64,000 bases of DNA, taken from the NCBI GenBank assembly GCA_003427395.1, contig BFEA01000018.1:6040413-6104412 (forward strand), written 5' to 3'. A model generated the notes under the pieces. That model saw only the letters and a program-made list of their open reading frames with translations, searched no databases and was not told where the DNA came from. Position numbers and translations under genes: made by a program. This document shows, piece after piece, positions 10,771-23,126 of this stretch (its first letter is position 1; every line of letters begins with the position of its first letter). The DNA is from Chara braunii. Lineage: Eukaryota; Plantae; Charophyceae.

Positions 10771-13094
10771 CGGCTTACCCCGACTGAATCAGCCGCATAA
10801 ACGTGGCTATGTGCGGGGTCGAATCCTCTCTCAGAGAGAGAGAGAGGTGGACGTGACTTTTCAAGGCTAGGTTTTTTTTATTGTTTTTTTTTTTTTTTTT
10901 TTCTGATTTTTTTTTTCTTTTCTTTTGTGGTTCCCTGCCCTCCCCCTGAACGTTGGGGTAGCAGAGAGCTGCGCACGTTCGTGATTGAAAACGGGCAGCT
11001 GCTCTCTGTGATTGCCCGAACCTGGCAAATTTTGTGTCCAGGTGCGGGCACGATTAGAGGGGGATGGGTTAGAGTTAGACAGGGGAGAAGGAAAGAGTGG
11101 CGACAACGAATGTGGCCGTGGCGGTAGATCAGGTGCGGACTCGTTGCAAGGTAAGTAAAAGGAAACGACACGACGGGAGGTAACCGTGGAAGCAAAAAAA
11201 GAAACTAAAACTAAAATTAAAAAAAAAAAAAAAACAGCCATTTGAAGACTGCATCTGGCCGCGGGTGAAGGCCAGATGCATTGCCAGGGCGTAGAACTTG
11301 GTTCCCCTAGGGGAACATCAAGTTTCCTGGCCCTTGATCACGATTTAGATCAAGGGTCAGGCCCTGTTCCGAGATTTGGCTGGGGGCAAAGCAACTGCCC
11401 TCAGCCTCCAGCCAACTATAAAAGCTAGCCTGCCACCCAGCAGCTCCACACTTGTGGCAATGTTGCTGGGGCATTCTACTTGAGTAGATGCTGGTTGGCT
11501 GGCTGCCAGTGTAATGAGGCGAAGTGCTAGAGATCTGAAAAAGCACTTGGGGGGGGGAAGAAGGTAGCCATAGCCCGAGGCTGGGAACTTCTTGCCCCAC
11601 CTTTCGTGTTGTGCTGCAGGCAAAGGAGAGGTTGCCATAGCCATCGGGCTGCGTGGTGCCAGCAGGAGATGTTGTTGTTCGCAGCAGGTCCTCGGCAAGC
11701 GGTGCAGGGGAAACTCTACCCGTTTTGCACGGTGGCGGTAGTCATCGACAAGTGGTGCAAGGGAGACTCTGCCCGTGTTGCGCTGCCTCGGTACCCATTT
11801 GTCGTGAGGCGCAGGGGAGGCGCTGCCCGTTTGGTGCGGCAGCGGTAGTGAGTTTTTTTTCCAGCGCAGGGGGGGGGTTGTCCGCTTGGTGAGGCAACGA
11901 CAGTGCTCTTTGATGGTGCTGCGGAAGCGCTACCGAAAATTTTCGGCGGCAGCAACATTTTTGACGGCGGCGCGGAAGCGCTGTCGGATTTTTTGAAAGC
12001 ACGGCTTTGGCGGTGACGTGGGACCGTCTGGGACCATTTTGGGACCTGGTGGGACTGATTTTGAGGTTGAGACTGGCACGTGGTGTGACTATTGCGAGCG
12101 GACGTGGTGGGAGGGCTATCTCGCTTGAGTTGTGTGACCCAGTCTCTGCTCATTTGGATACTTGGAGAAGGGCGCAGACTGTAACTCAGGAGGAAGGCCA
12201 CAACCTGTAGAGTTGTGAGCCGTACATTCTTCTACGGCAATTATTTTCTTCTTATTGATGTATTACACGACTTTTTTGAGTGGGCCGGATCAAACTTTAC
12301 TCGAGGTCAGTCAGTTTGACTCAGACCCCTTCACACATGTGTGAACCCACACTTTGCTTGACCCTGTTCTCTGAATGTTCACTGAAAAGGTAAAGAAAAT
12401 GTGTGTTTCGTCATCTTTCGTGTGTGAATGGGAGTCTGACGTGAGTTTGGGTTTCCTTTGTTTTCCTTTGAACTTGTTGGTTGGTTTGATGCGCAGGTAG
12501 GTAGAAGAGTGTTTGCAAAGGGGATTGATTATGTCTGTTTGAGATAAAGAAAAGTATTATCCCTCCTTTTACCTTCCACCTGCATGCTCGTCAAAGGAAC
12601 TTGTTGTTTTGAAAAATATTACTCAGTGTGTGTCATAGAATGAATTCAATTGGAATGAAGCAGATAAGGTTAAACGGATTTTGTCTCCATGATTGACTTT
12701 TTTTATCCCAAACGATCTTATTTACCCATACCTCTCCAAATGATTTCGTTGTCTATCTTCTTCAGTTTCTTTTTCATATAAGTTACCAAAAACTTATGAG
12801 TAATGAGAATAAAAGAAACCCACTCATGACGAACACAATCTTTCTCTCTAGGAAGCATCCAAGGCGGAGGTTCGTATGCTTTCGGAGCCGGCCCTGTTAT
12901 CGACTTGCGACTAGTCGGGGGTGGTACTCTGTCGACTCGGTGATGGCGGCCCAACCATTGAGATCCGAGTCTTCGGGCTCGGGCGAGGGGAAGGAGTATC
13001 CACAAGATCACTTCCTAGAGGAATAGGTGCGTGTCGGAGACAGAAGAAGTTCCAGCCCACAAGAAGAAGTAGGTAATGAAGGTGATGGTTCTCT

Positions 13095-13222
13095 TTGCGC
13101 AGTGATATCGACTGCGGTTTTGTTTTGAATGACCAAGTAATGAAGAATGAATACTTCATCATTCATGGAACAGAAAGAGTAATTATTGCCCAGGAGGACA
13201 AAGTGACCAACAAAATTGCTAC
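13095..13222 (+). pseudogene. Fragment resembling the second-largest RNA polymerase subunit (RPB2/rpoB family)
   Basis: YFIIHGTERVIIAQEDKVTNKI resembles the RPB2 motif GYFIINGSEKVLIAQE; homology is not visible beyond this block. Confidence 0.6.
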
Positions 13223-14919
13223 GCGCCTCTGGCTAAGTCATAAATGTTGCGGGGGTGTGGTCGAACCAAGAGTTCAAACTTCGGTCGGGAACCAGATCAC
13301 TCGTTGATCTGCATGGTGGCAGTGAAATTTACTTGCAAAAGTCATTCCTGGCAGGGTTTAATAGGTGTCCACAGACCCAACCGTAAGTTAAAGGTTAGGT
13401 CGTCCTTCCTAACCCTTCGTCAGTATCGGGTCTCCGCCTTGGAAGCGGCGGAATAATAGTATCGTTAGTCATATAGGTCGGGAGGAATAACTTCGGCAGA
13501 TCGTCTCATCAAGTCAAAATTCAATCTTGTGTGATTGGATATAAAGCGTATTGATTTTATTTATTTATTTATTTTGTGATCAGAGAGTTATGAAGGGACT
13601 AGGATTATATTGTGGGTTTCACGTTTGGTTGAGACCGTCCTAGTCAACCGACGTTCGTTCATACCGAGGAGATCAGCGTCCGCGGGGACGGGCAACGTTC
13701 GGGTCCACTTGGCGTTAACCAAGCGTACCAATACTCCAGCGAGCGAGCAAGCGCCCTCGGCTGACCTACCTCTGCAATTGCATGTAAAAACCTTCGCACG
13801 TGGGTCAGTAGCTCGGTAGGGATACGCCCCTTAGGGTGGTCACAACCCCTTAGGGAAGGTAAGATGTGCCTCACGAGAACCTATCCCGTCATAGGGGACC
13901 GCGAGAAGTACAGCTGGCGCAACCGGCTAGAGCAGCGAAGGGACGACGCGACCTCGGCCGTCTTGGCAGCTCATGGGATCAGTTAGGCGTCGTCCCCAAG
14001 TTGTCTCTGGTTTTGTTTTTGTTTTAACTCCTGCGTGACATAGCCGGGAGGGCTCCCGCGCTTTGCAAAAAGACGGGGGCCGATGCGCTCGACAACGACA
14101 GCGATCGACTTTTTAGGTTGGGGTAGGTAAATTGCCCGCGGCCGCGGCCGTGGGTGTCACGTAGACTACAAGGAAAACTGAAAAGGTGTTAAAAAAATAG
14201 ATTTTTTTGAATACTTATTTATAGAACTATAAGTCATTTTTAACAGTTAGGTAAAAATCAAGCTCTGCGAAAACTAATTTATAGACCTATGATCAATTTT
14301 GAAGTTAACAATAAAAACCCTTATAAAAAAATATATTTTATTTAACATAAGATACAAACAACTTTTGTTTGAGATACATCTTCAAATTCTTAGCCAAACA
14401 CAAGTTTAAAATGAAAAAAATAGAAAAAAATATTAAACAAACAGTAAAAAATAATATATTCGCCCACATTTGAGAAAACATGTTCAAGTGAACGTACACA
14501 CGAACAAGAGAACATGTTTGCCCGTTCGAAACCCCCCTGAATACGTTCATCGAGCTACACATCTTATATGACTACGAACATGATTTTTTGAGATAACAAA
14601 GAGTCGTGATATTTCAGTTCTTGAACGTACGGTGCTTCACCAGGTAGTGATTTTATGTGAAAAAATCCGCTTTTCTCTTTGCCACTTCCAGTGGTTTTGA
14701 AAAAATAAATTTTCATTCTTTTTTTTTTGCGGTTGTTTTACTTCTCGTAGAATTTTATTATTGTAGGAGGCCTGTAAATTTTACTATCATAATCTTGAAT
14801 AAATTTCGTGCAAACCTAACAATTTGTTTTGTTAGGTTTTCACGAATCCTATGTTTAGGACGCTTTGATCCGAAAGTGACTCCAATTCGCCAGAACAGGG
14901 TACACAACAAAATTCAAAC

Positions 14920-15090
14920 TTGAAATTAAAGCTGAAGTATTCAAAATCGCGCAGTCTCATGAAAGACATAAATTTATGGATTGTTGCCTATAAGAAGCTT
15001 AGGCTAGCTCCTGATCAAGGCTTTCTCGAAGGAGCTGGGGGAACAATAGATGGCACCTCTATGAAGCCACTCGAGGCTTCCAGGCTGAAG
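14920..15090 (+). pseudogene. NUMT: group II intron reverse transcriptase/maturase N-terminal fragment
   Basis: KDINLWIVAYKKL..APDQGFLEGAGGTIDGTSMK resembles the RT0 'AYxxL...GxxTxGxDG' segment. Confidence 0.6.
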
Positions 15091-15249
15091 GAGAACACTT
15101 CGTGCCTAACCCAAGAGAATTTGGGTAATTAGGAGAGATATCCCATTATGACTTTTTGTGCTTCGAACCTGCTGATTAAGCTCCAGTTTAAGCTCTTTAG
15201 GTAAGAATTGAACCACCAACTTTTTTATCTCAGCATCATCTGCTCTGGA

Positions 15250-15366
15250 TCGAAATTCTTCTGAGAAACAATAACAAGTCAATGAAGTAAAAACAAAACA
15301 AATAAAAATCGACAAAAAACGAATTCGAGTTTCCTCAATAATCGTTTTCAATACTGAATTCATCAT
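15250..15366 (-). pseudogene. tatC: NUMT: mitochondrial tatC (mttB) N-terminal fragment
   Basis: [28 protein letters not shown]. Confidence 0.8.
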
Positions 15367-15388
15367 CCATACATTAACATACAGGAAC

Positions 15389-15472
15389 AGATGGAGAGGG
15401 ATTCAAACCCCCGATATTTTATAATATGTCATTTTTCAAGACTAATACCTTCAACCGCTCATACATTTATCC
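15389..15472 (-). tRNA. trnS: Mitochondrial tRNA-Ser(UGA) pseudogene (NUMT)
   Basis: GGATAAATGTATGAGCGGTTGAAGG...TCTTGAAAA...GGGGGTTTGAATCCCCTCTCCATC with a long variable arm. Confidence 0.75.
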
Positions 15473-15484
15473 AAAGCAAAGATC

Positions 15485-15739
15485 TGGGTGGTTAGGTAAA
15501 AGCTGACCAAACTGATGATGCTTAGCTGGTCTTTTCGGATGATCAGCCACATTGGGACTTAGACACGGCCCTGATTCCTACAGGAGGCTGCAGTGGGGAA
15601 TCTTTGACGATGGGCGAAAGCCTGATCCAACAATATCGCGTGAGTGAAGAACTTCAAGGGGATTTATCTTGTAAAGCTCTTTCATCGGTAGTGGTATTAT
15701 GACAAAAACCGAAAAAGAAGCCCCGACTAACTTTGTGCC
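15485..15739 (+). rRNA. rrn18: Mitochondrial SSU rRNA fragment (NUMT)
   Basis: GATCAGCCACATTGGGACTTAGACACGGCCC...CCTACAGGAGGCTGCAGTGGGGAAT...GGGCGAAAGCCTGATCCA...CTAACTTTGTGCC. Confidence 0.88.
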
Positions 15740-15761
15740 TTCAACCACTTAACCATACTTC

Positions 15762-15840
15762 CCGGGAAAAACGACATTTGAACCCTCGACTTCTGGCGTG
15801 TGAGAGAGACCAACACTCTAACCAACTAAGCTATTTTTTC
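15762..15840 (-). tRNA. trnD: Mitochondrial tRNA-Asp pseudogene (NUMT)
   Basis: AATAGCTTAGTTGGTTAGAGTGTTGGTCT...CACGCCAGAAGTCGAGGGTTCAAA; the anticodon loop is disrupted by a small insertion. Confidence 0.7.
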
Positions 15841-15843
15841 ATT

Positions 15844-15916
15844 TGGGTAATAACGGACTTGAACCGCTGACTCTCTCAATGTAAACGAGGCACTCTACCA
15901 ACTAAGTTTATTACCC
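15844..15916 (-). tRNA. trnV: Mitochondrial tRNA-Val(UAC) pseudogene (NUMT)
   Basis: GGGTAATAAACTTAGTGGTAGAGTGCCTCGTTTACATTGAGAGAGTCAGCGGTTCAAGTCCGTTATTACCCA. Confidence 0.8.
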
Positions 15917-16916
15917 AAATGTGTTATTCCCAATTTAAAGCGTCATTCTTCCATTAGTTAACTATTTAAAACGAATTCGAAATAAATATAGAAAACTAAT
16001 TTTGAAATTTAGAATTTACGATGAAATAACCCATGAATTAAATGGAAGCCGGGTAGAAGTAAATTGAGAGGGGTTCAAAATTTATTGAAGGTTCAATCAG
16101 AAAGTTGTGAACGTATTTCAAGATGGAGAGAACTTTCAAAGGAATTATAAAGGAATTTCAAAAGAATTGCAGAATTTTAGAATTTTACGAGGGACGAAAA
16201 ATGAAAATCAATTTGACTTCATAAGAGTTAAATTTGGTGAATTTCATAAATTATTTGACGATTTTTTTGAAAAAGAAATTAAATTTTTAAAATACATAAC
16301 AAAAATAATTTGAGATAAAAGAAATTCGCATCCTTTTTAAAATTTGAAGAAAAACATCAGAATTAATTTCGTGCACGACATTGGTAGAAAACAGGATAAA
16401 GAATAATCCTATGGGATTCGGTAGAAATCCCCCACGATCCGGTGGGCGGTATTGCTCAATGATCATAAGAAGAGAAAATACTTGTCATGCACCTTAGGAA
16501 ATTTTGATAACGCGACCAATTAGGTAGAGTGGTCGAGGAAAGAAAGGGGAATGGAGGGAGATAGGAGAAGTCCGAGAAGAGGAGAAAGGTGAGATATTTG
16601 GGGGGGATCGACAAGAGGAATGGAGAATTAATAAGGGAGAGAGAGATTGACAGTACTACGCTCCCTATCGACCGGGAGCAAGCGAGGTCCTTCCTCTTAG
16701 TCGAGGAAGGTCTTCATTCAACCCCTGAAGGTTGAAGCCTGAAGGGTATTCTCGATCGTTCCCCCGGTGGAACGACGAGGTCGCCTTAAACCACGTGTGA
16801 TGATAAAGAGCACGAATAATACTGGTGATGTCAATGATGACGATGATGGAGCTCGCTTGATGATGGTTATAGCGAGATGTCAACACTGCATCCTTGTCAT
16901 GGCCAGTTAGGTGGGT

Positions 16917-16942
16917 ACAGTGGAATCTCGTTAATCCATTCA
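16917..16942 (-). rRNA. Short nuclear 28S rRNA fragment (out of order)
   Basis: TGAATGGATTAACGAGATTCCACTGT. Confidence 0.65.
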
Positions 16943-17016
16943 AGCACTTTACTTGGGCGGAGTGTTGGCATCAGGGATCACACATTTATGACGAGCTGGT
17001 GGTGAAGTGCTTGACT

Positions 17017-17292
17017 TGTTAGCGGGTAGTAAACAATCCAACACTTGATGAATTCAGCTCCACAATGATAGGAAGAGGCGACGTCGAAGGATAAAAAAGC
17101 AATGTTGCTATGAAGGCTTAACTGCCACTCCGGTTACCCCTCTGTAAGTTGTCTTCAAGTCACTAGTTGCATGTCCTGAACGCTAAAGGATCGATAGAGC
17201 ATGCTCACATAGTTTGTACTCACATCGAAAGTGGGTGCACACTGCACCGTGCCAATGCTAGTTTCAACTTACAATGTCTTCCGCTCGGGTCG
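17017..17292 (-). rRNA. Degenerate nuclear 28S/26S rRNA domain V fragment
   Basis: Colinear GCGGAAGACATTGT...CTATCGATCCTTTAG...TTCATAGCAACATTGCTTTTTTATCCTTCGACGTCGCCTCTTCCTATCATTGTG...AAGTGTTGGATTGTT. Confidence 0.85.
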
Positions 17293-18727
17293 AATGGTGT
17301 GGGGGGATCAAGGCAAGGGGCAAGTGATCATGAAAACGCCGAAGAAATGGGGTAGGAAGGGGGACTCGAAGTGAAAAGAGCGGGATGAGAAGTGGGTGTC
17401 GGAGCAAGGAGGGGGGATCGGGATGGCAGTGAAGTTGAGAAGAGAGGAGGGAGGGAAATCGGTCGGGAAGGAAGGTCAAGTGAGATAAAAAGAAGCGGCC
17501 AATTGTGCAACAGATCAGGGCGGCAAGGGGAAGGGGAAAAGCATGGGGTATGCACCTAGCAAGGATAACTGTCCACTGTCCAGGTGCAAACACAAATGGG
17601 CAGAAAAGGAGTTGGGATGTTTGGTGGGGAGAAACACGTGAGGAAAATTGGAAGCGGGGTCGGAGAGAGTGATGGGGAAGGGATTGGAGAGAGGGGACAC
17701 GGTTAGGAGAGGGAGGGGGCAGCTAGAAGTGGGGTTGGAATTGGGAGATGCCAAGTCGAGGTCGGTAGAGGGAAGTCGGGGCGTAGCGGGAAGAGAGGGG
17801 GTCAAGGAGAAAGAGGTGGTGGCGGGGAGGCGCAATCCGAAGGGTCTGATCGAGAGAGCGGGATGGGGGCCTCGGGATGGGGGGAATGTGTGCACGTATG
17901 CACGGTAAAACGTGAGGTAAGGGGGGGAAACGATCTCGATTGAGCGCGATCATAATTATGGGATAGGGGGGGAAGGGGGGATTGAGGTTGGGATTGGTGG
18001 GTAGGGAGCGGGAGCGAAGCAAAGGCTCCAGGATGTAAGATGACAGGAAAGCTGACGTGGCAAAGGGGGAGGTGCAAAACCAGCGAATTTGAGGGGNNNN
18101 NNNNNNNNNNNNNNNNNNNNNNNNNNNNNNNNNNNNNNNNNNNNNNNNNNNNNNNNNNNNNNNNNNNNNNNNNNNNNNNNNNNNNNNNNNNNNNNNNNNN
18201 NNNNNNNNNNNNNNNNNNNNNNNNNNNNNNNNNNNNNNNNNNNNNNNNNNNNNNNNNNNNNNNNNNNNNNNNNNNNNNNNNNNNNNNNNNNNNNNNNNNN
18301 NNNNNNNNNNNNNNNNNNNNNNNNNNNNNNNNNNNNNNNNNNNNNNNNNNNNNNNNNNNNNNNNNNNNNNNNNNNNNNNNNNGGGGATGTGTAGCGGGGG
18401 GAAAGAGGGCACAAGGGGATGGGGGCCAAGTCAGGGCAGGGACGCGCGATCATGAAGTGGTCACAATCGGGGGGGAAAGTTGGGGGAAGTCGGACGGGGG
18501 GTAAGGGAGATGCAAGGAGAGCGGGAAGAGGGCGGGAGAGTGCGGGAGTGGGATCGCACGATCGTGATGGAAGTGGGGATCAGGCAGGGAGCAAGGGAGC
18601 GCCGAGGGAGGGGGAAAGGGAAGACGAGATGGAAAGCAGGTAGGGAGGAAGTCGGGAAAAGGGGAACGGGAAGGGGGAAGGATGGGCTGACGTGGCGGGA
18701 GGTCGGGTTCGGGAGGCCGTCCACTTG

Positions 18728-18775
18728 TCAATGATCCTGCCGCTGCAGTGCCGCAGGTTCACCTACAGAAACCTC

Positions 18776-18810
<35 letters not shown>

Positions 18811-18835
18811 GATGAACTTCTCACAGCACCGCCAG
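18728..18835 (-). rRNA. Nuclear 18S rRNA 3'-terminal fragment
   Basis: GAGAAGTTCATCGAACCTTATCATTTAGAGGAAGGAGAAGTCGTAACGAGGTTTCTGTAGGTGAACCTGCGG...AGGATCATTGA. Confidence 0.93.
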
Positions 18836-19710
18836 CTGCAAACTATCGAGGTCATGGGATTGCCATCAGAGTAGGAGCATCATGACATCTTTCGATGTCT
18901 CTCTTAAAAGCATTGGTTGGAGCAAGAAAAGTGAGAAAAAGTAAACAAAAAGAATATAAGAAGTCCAAAACGCAGAAAGACTTCCAAGCCAAAAAACCAA
19001 ATTACCAGTTATGGAATTGGTAGGAGCGACTGGCGGTGGACGTGTGTTAGTACAAGCAGCACCAGGTTGGCGTCGGCAGCCGGTAGGACAGCGGCAACAG
19101 CTGGAGCAGCGTCGTCTTGGAGATCGTCGAGGAGAAAGGCGTCATTTTTGGATGACGAACGTATCTTGTCACGTTGACGTATGAGGTGCAGTTGCAAAAG
19201 CAAACTTGGAGATAGCGATCCGTGATGGCAGGATAGCGAGAGAGGGAGGGAGGGAGGGAGCAGAGGTTCGAGAACCTGCTCCGATACCAACAGGCGGTAT
19301 GCGCGGAGATGGTGAGAAAGAGAGAGAGGAGATGGACGCACACGAGAAGCAGGAGCTGAACGTGGGATCGTCCCACTGAATGAATGAACTGCAAGATGGA
19401 ACAACCGAAAAAACCCCTGACTAGGCCGAAGTGATATACTGGCCTAGGTCCAAGTACTGGGAAAACCAATGGTACCGGACCAGGATCAGGCCAACGGCCT
19501 GAAACTGGTCCGGCCTAGCTGTCGGCCCTCAGGGGCACCGCTTCACACGCCACGTTCGAAAAGGCAACGGAAGTACCGATGACCGTGGTGTTAGATTGGG
19601 TGTCATATTTACAGGGGTCGGCCCTGCTAGACTGTGCCAGTGGTGTCAGAGGGAAAACAAAAAAAAAAAGAAAATACCCAACGGGTACTTAAACCGTACT
19701 TTTTTGGACC

Positions 19711-19742
<32 letters not shown>

Positions 19743-19987
19743 GAAAGCCCAGGTTGTTGTAGAGGCTGGATTACAGACATATGAGAGTCACCTTCGACAC
19801 TCGGCCATGTGGTAGAGGCCCCCTAATCCTATACTACCTAGTATAGGACTCCCTCCCAACCTAACTCTTTTGAAATTTCTTCCGGGTCACTCCTATTCCC
19901 ACTATCCTACCTCAGTGTCTACCACTCAGGATCGTCACCCTCCAGCCTTGGGGGTGACCTGACCGAACCGTGGTTGTGGGTACCAGG

Positions 19988-20563
19988 CTGTGTCGTCCCC
20001 CGTACGTCGTACGGGGGGTCTCCGTACGGCCCGTGCGTACGGACTGACGGACGGGCATACGGGAGTACGGATGGCGGCCGTACGACGGTGATTTGGGGGC
20101 CAAAAAAAAAACAAAAAAAAACAAAATATATATGGGGTTGTAGNNNNNNNNNNNNNNNNNNNNNNNNNNNNNNNNNNNNNNNNNNNNNNNNNNNNNNNNN
20201 NNNNNNNNNNNNNNNNNNNNNNNNNNNNNNNNNNNNNNNNNNNNNNNNNNNNNNNNNNNNNNNNNNNNNNNNNNNNNNNNNNNNNNNNNNNNNNNNNNNN
20301 NNNNNNNNNNNNNNNNNNNNNNNNNNNNNNNNNNNNNNNNNNNNNNNNNNNNNNNNNNNNNNNNNNNNNNNNNNNNNNNNNNNNNNNNNNNNNNNNNNNN
20401 NNNNNNNNNNNNNNNNNNNNNNNNNNNNNNNNNNNNNNNNNNNNNNNNNNNNNNNNNNNNNNNNNNNNNNNNNNNNNNNNNNNNNNNNNNNNNNNNNNNN
20501 NNNNNNNNNNNNNNNNNNNNNNNNNNNNNNNNNNNNNNNNNNNNNNNNNNNNNNNNNNNNNNN

Positions 20564-20604
<41 letters not shown>

Positions 20605-20662
20605 CGCGGGGGGGAGGCAACCCCCCCACTGCCAATCAATCAATCAATCAATCAATCAATCC

Positions 20663-20698
<36 letters not shown>

Positions 20699-20711
20699 GT
20701 GTGCACATGTT

Positions 20712-20752
<41 letters not shown>

Positions 20753-20765
20753 GTGTGCACATGTT

Positions 20766-20811
<46 letters not shown>

Positions 20812-21112
20812 CCAATCAATCAACCAATCAATCAAATAATCAATCAACGAATTAATCAATCAATCATTTATTTATTTTTTTCACCGGGGACCAAAAAAAA
20901 AAAACATCTTTTTTTTTACTGTTTTTTTAATGGGGGGGTACCCCCTGACACCTGACCCCCCCCCAGCCCATCCACCCCCTCAACACCCCTCCGGAAGGTC
21001 GTGTACGGATGGCCCGAAGTCCGTACGTACGGGCCGTATGAGCGCCGGGGGGGCCGTACATACGGACGCCCGGACGTGCGCACGGGCCGTATTCGTACGG
21101 CGGTATACACAG
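19988..21112. mobile_element. Non-autonomous TIR element (hAT-like, 8-bp TSD) with CGTACG-rich subterminal repeats
   Basis: TSD GTACCAGG at 19980-19987 and 21113-21120; imperfect 19-bp TIR CTGTGT...CCGTACG; contains an N gap, (GT)n and (CAAT)n. Confidence 0.75.
20633..20865. repeat. (CAAT)n microsatellite
   Basis: Seen directly. Confidence 0.95.
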
Positions 21113-21430
21113 GTACCAGGGCTAAGCTAGTCCCACACACCCCACTCAGCCCTGATCGAAGCATATTTGTGCAAGCCTAGTCGCCCAGGTAAGTCAGGCG
21201 CTAGGTACAAACGTTTCACTGCAAGTCCCATAGGTGGACCTATTTTGTGTTCTTATCGTTGTGTACACGGTTGTTGTAACTGTTGTTTGTTGTTAGGTGG
21301 TTCGCTGTGCACATTGTTGCCATTAGTACTTGTTTGTTGATAGTGAACCGAACATAGGAGGCAGGAAACCCAACCAATCCTTTGGAGAGCCCCACCAACA
21401 CAAGAGCCCTACCAGGACCGACCATAGATT

Positions 21431-21735
21431 GTACTAAGTCTCACTCTCATCAACTGTTCCTCGTTCCATGGGCGGTCTGTAGGGTTCTAGTTCAGACAGA
21501 CATCGACAGTGGATTATACTAAGTCTCACTCCCATCAACCGTTCCTGTTCCACGGGCGAGTTGTCCTTAGGGGAACCCTCATCCTAACCCCTCCCGTGCC
21601 TAGTGGCTGAACCCCCCAGATCTCCAGCAAGCAACGGAGTCCCCCTACTCTAATCTTGCCCCAAGAAACCTACCAACACCGACCATAGTCAGTACTAAGT
21701 CTGACTCTCATCAACCGTTCTTGAGGCTATGGGCG
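21431..21735. repeat. Three spaced copies of a ~45-bp motif
   Basis: tactaagtctcactctcatcaac..gttc...gggcg at ~21431, ~21516 and ~21692. Confidence 0.75.
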
Positions 21736-23126
21736 GTGTGTAGGTCTCTGTGTCCTGCCTCCCACTAGGTAAGCGAGTTTGAACACATGACCTCATCCAT
21801 GCAATCTTCTATCAAACCTACTGAACTTTTGTGGAAACTGAACAATTTGTACGCAATATCGGACTGGAAGGCAAATGAACAATCATCCTCAGGTATGCAA
21901 GCCGACAAAGAACCACTAGAACCAAGAGCATCAGGCAAACATACCATAACCCAAACCCAACATACAACAACCGTGGACTTACCCCTGGGTGGTGCCCAAG
22001 CAGTGTTTGTAGTAGCTTACCTGCATCAGCCCAGAGGAGTGTGTCCAGCTGTGCGTCGTTCTAACGCCCTGCCGGTGTCCATGCACAAGGCTGCAGAGTT
22101 TTGAACCCGCAACCTCATACCCCAATGCGCATTTCCAACCGGTGTTGTAACCATCGAGCTACATCAACTGGACTTGGAACAAAATTGCTAATTCCGAGTT
22201 GGTGCGTGGTTTCTTTGCCAACGCGAGTTTTTTTTAACTTTAGGGTTTCAAAACATGCTGCCGTTATTTCTTTTTTCTTTCTGCTCTTTAGTATTGATTT
22301 TTCCTCTTATTGTCCGATGCTATTGACAGGAGGCCTCTTGGGTTTGGGACTTTTGTAGTATTGTGGTTTTAGTTCTTTTTACTTTTTTTACACAGGGGTA
22401 GGGCTTTACCTGGAGTGGAAGGTGGAGGCTTTGTGACCCTTGGATACATTCCATAGGTGTCTTTTAGAGAACTTTTGTGTATTACAAAAGCCAAGAAATG
22501 GGTCTGACATCCCTTACAAAAAGGTAGGCTGTTCCGTTGATGGGCGAGATATCATCGATCAAATCCAGAAAGTGGACCACTATTCACCACAAACCCTGAC
22601 ACATTCCATAAAACATGTTATTCGTTAAAAAAAGACATTATATTTCAAATTGGTACTCGCAAGCTATTAATTTCATGTTAAAATCACCATATTTTTGACT
22701 TAAATGAAACTTAGGATACGAGTAGTGAACCTGAAGAATGCAATTGACGTGCCATAAATTGAAACTGAAGTGAAGATTCAAGGCAATCACGTACTAAACA
22801 TGACGGTGTACGTGTGGATTCCATGCACTTTCATAAATTGTGTAACCTAAATATCGTTACGGTAATTGACACGGAGTTGTCAGAAATTGAAAGTCAAGAG
22901 AATTTCAACACTCAATGCAATGAGACACCGAAGACCAGTCATGTTGAAGTTCAACGCTCGATTCCATGACTCCTTAATCGATTTTGTGTGAGCATTACCA
23001 CTAGTTACCCCGACAAACAATCCACACCAAACGTCAAGTAATCAAGTGACCTATACTCACCAACTTTCACAGATAATCAATCCACCTATACTCACCAACT
23101 TTCACAGAACCATCATCTATAGGATT

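Noticed and set aside
21431-21735. Spaced repeats resembling a CRISPR array (also 58415-58580)
   Set aside because: Only three degenerate copies with irregular spacing, eukaryotic context and no cas genes.
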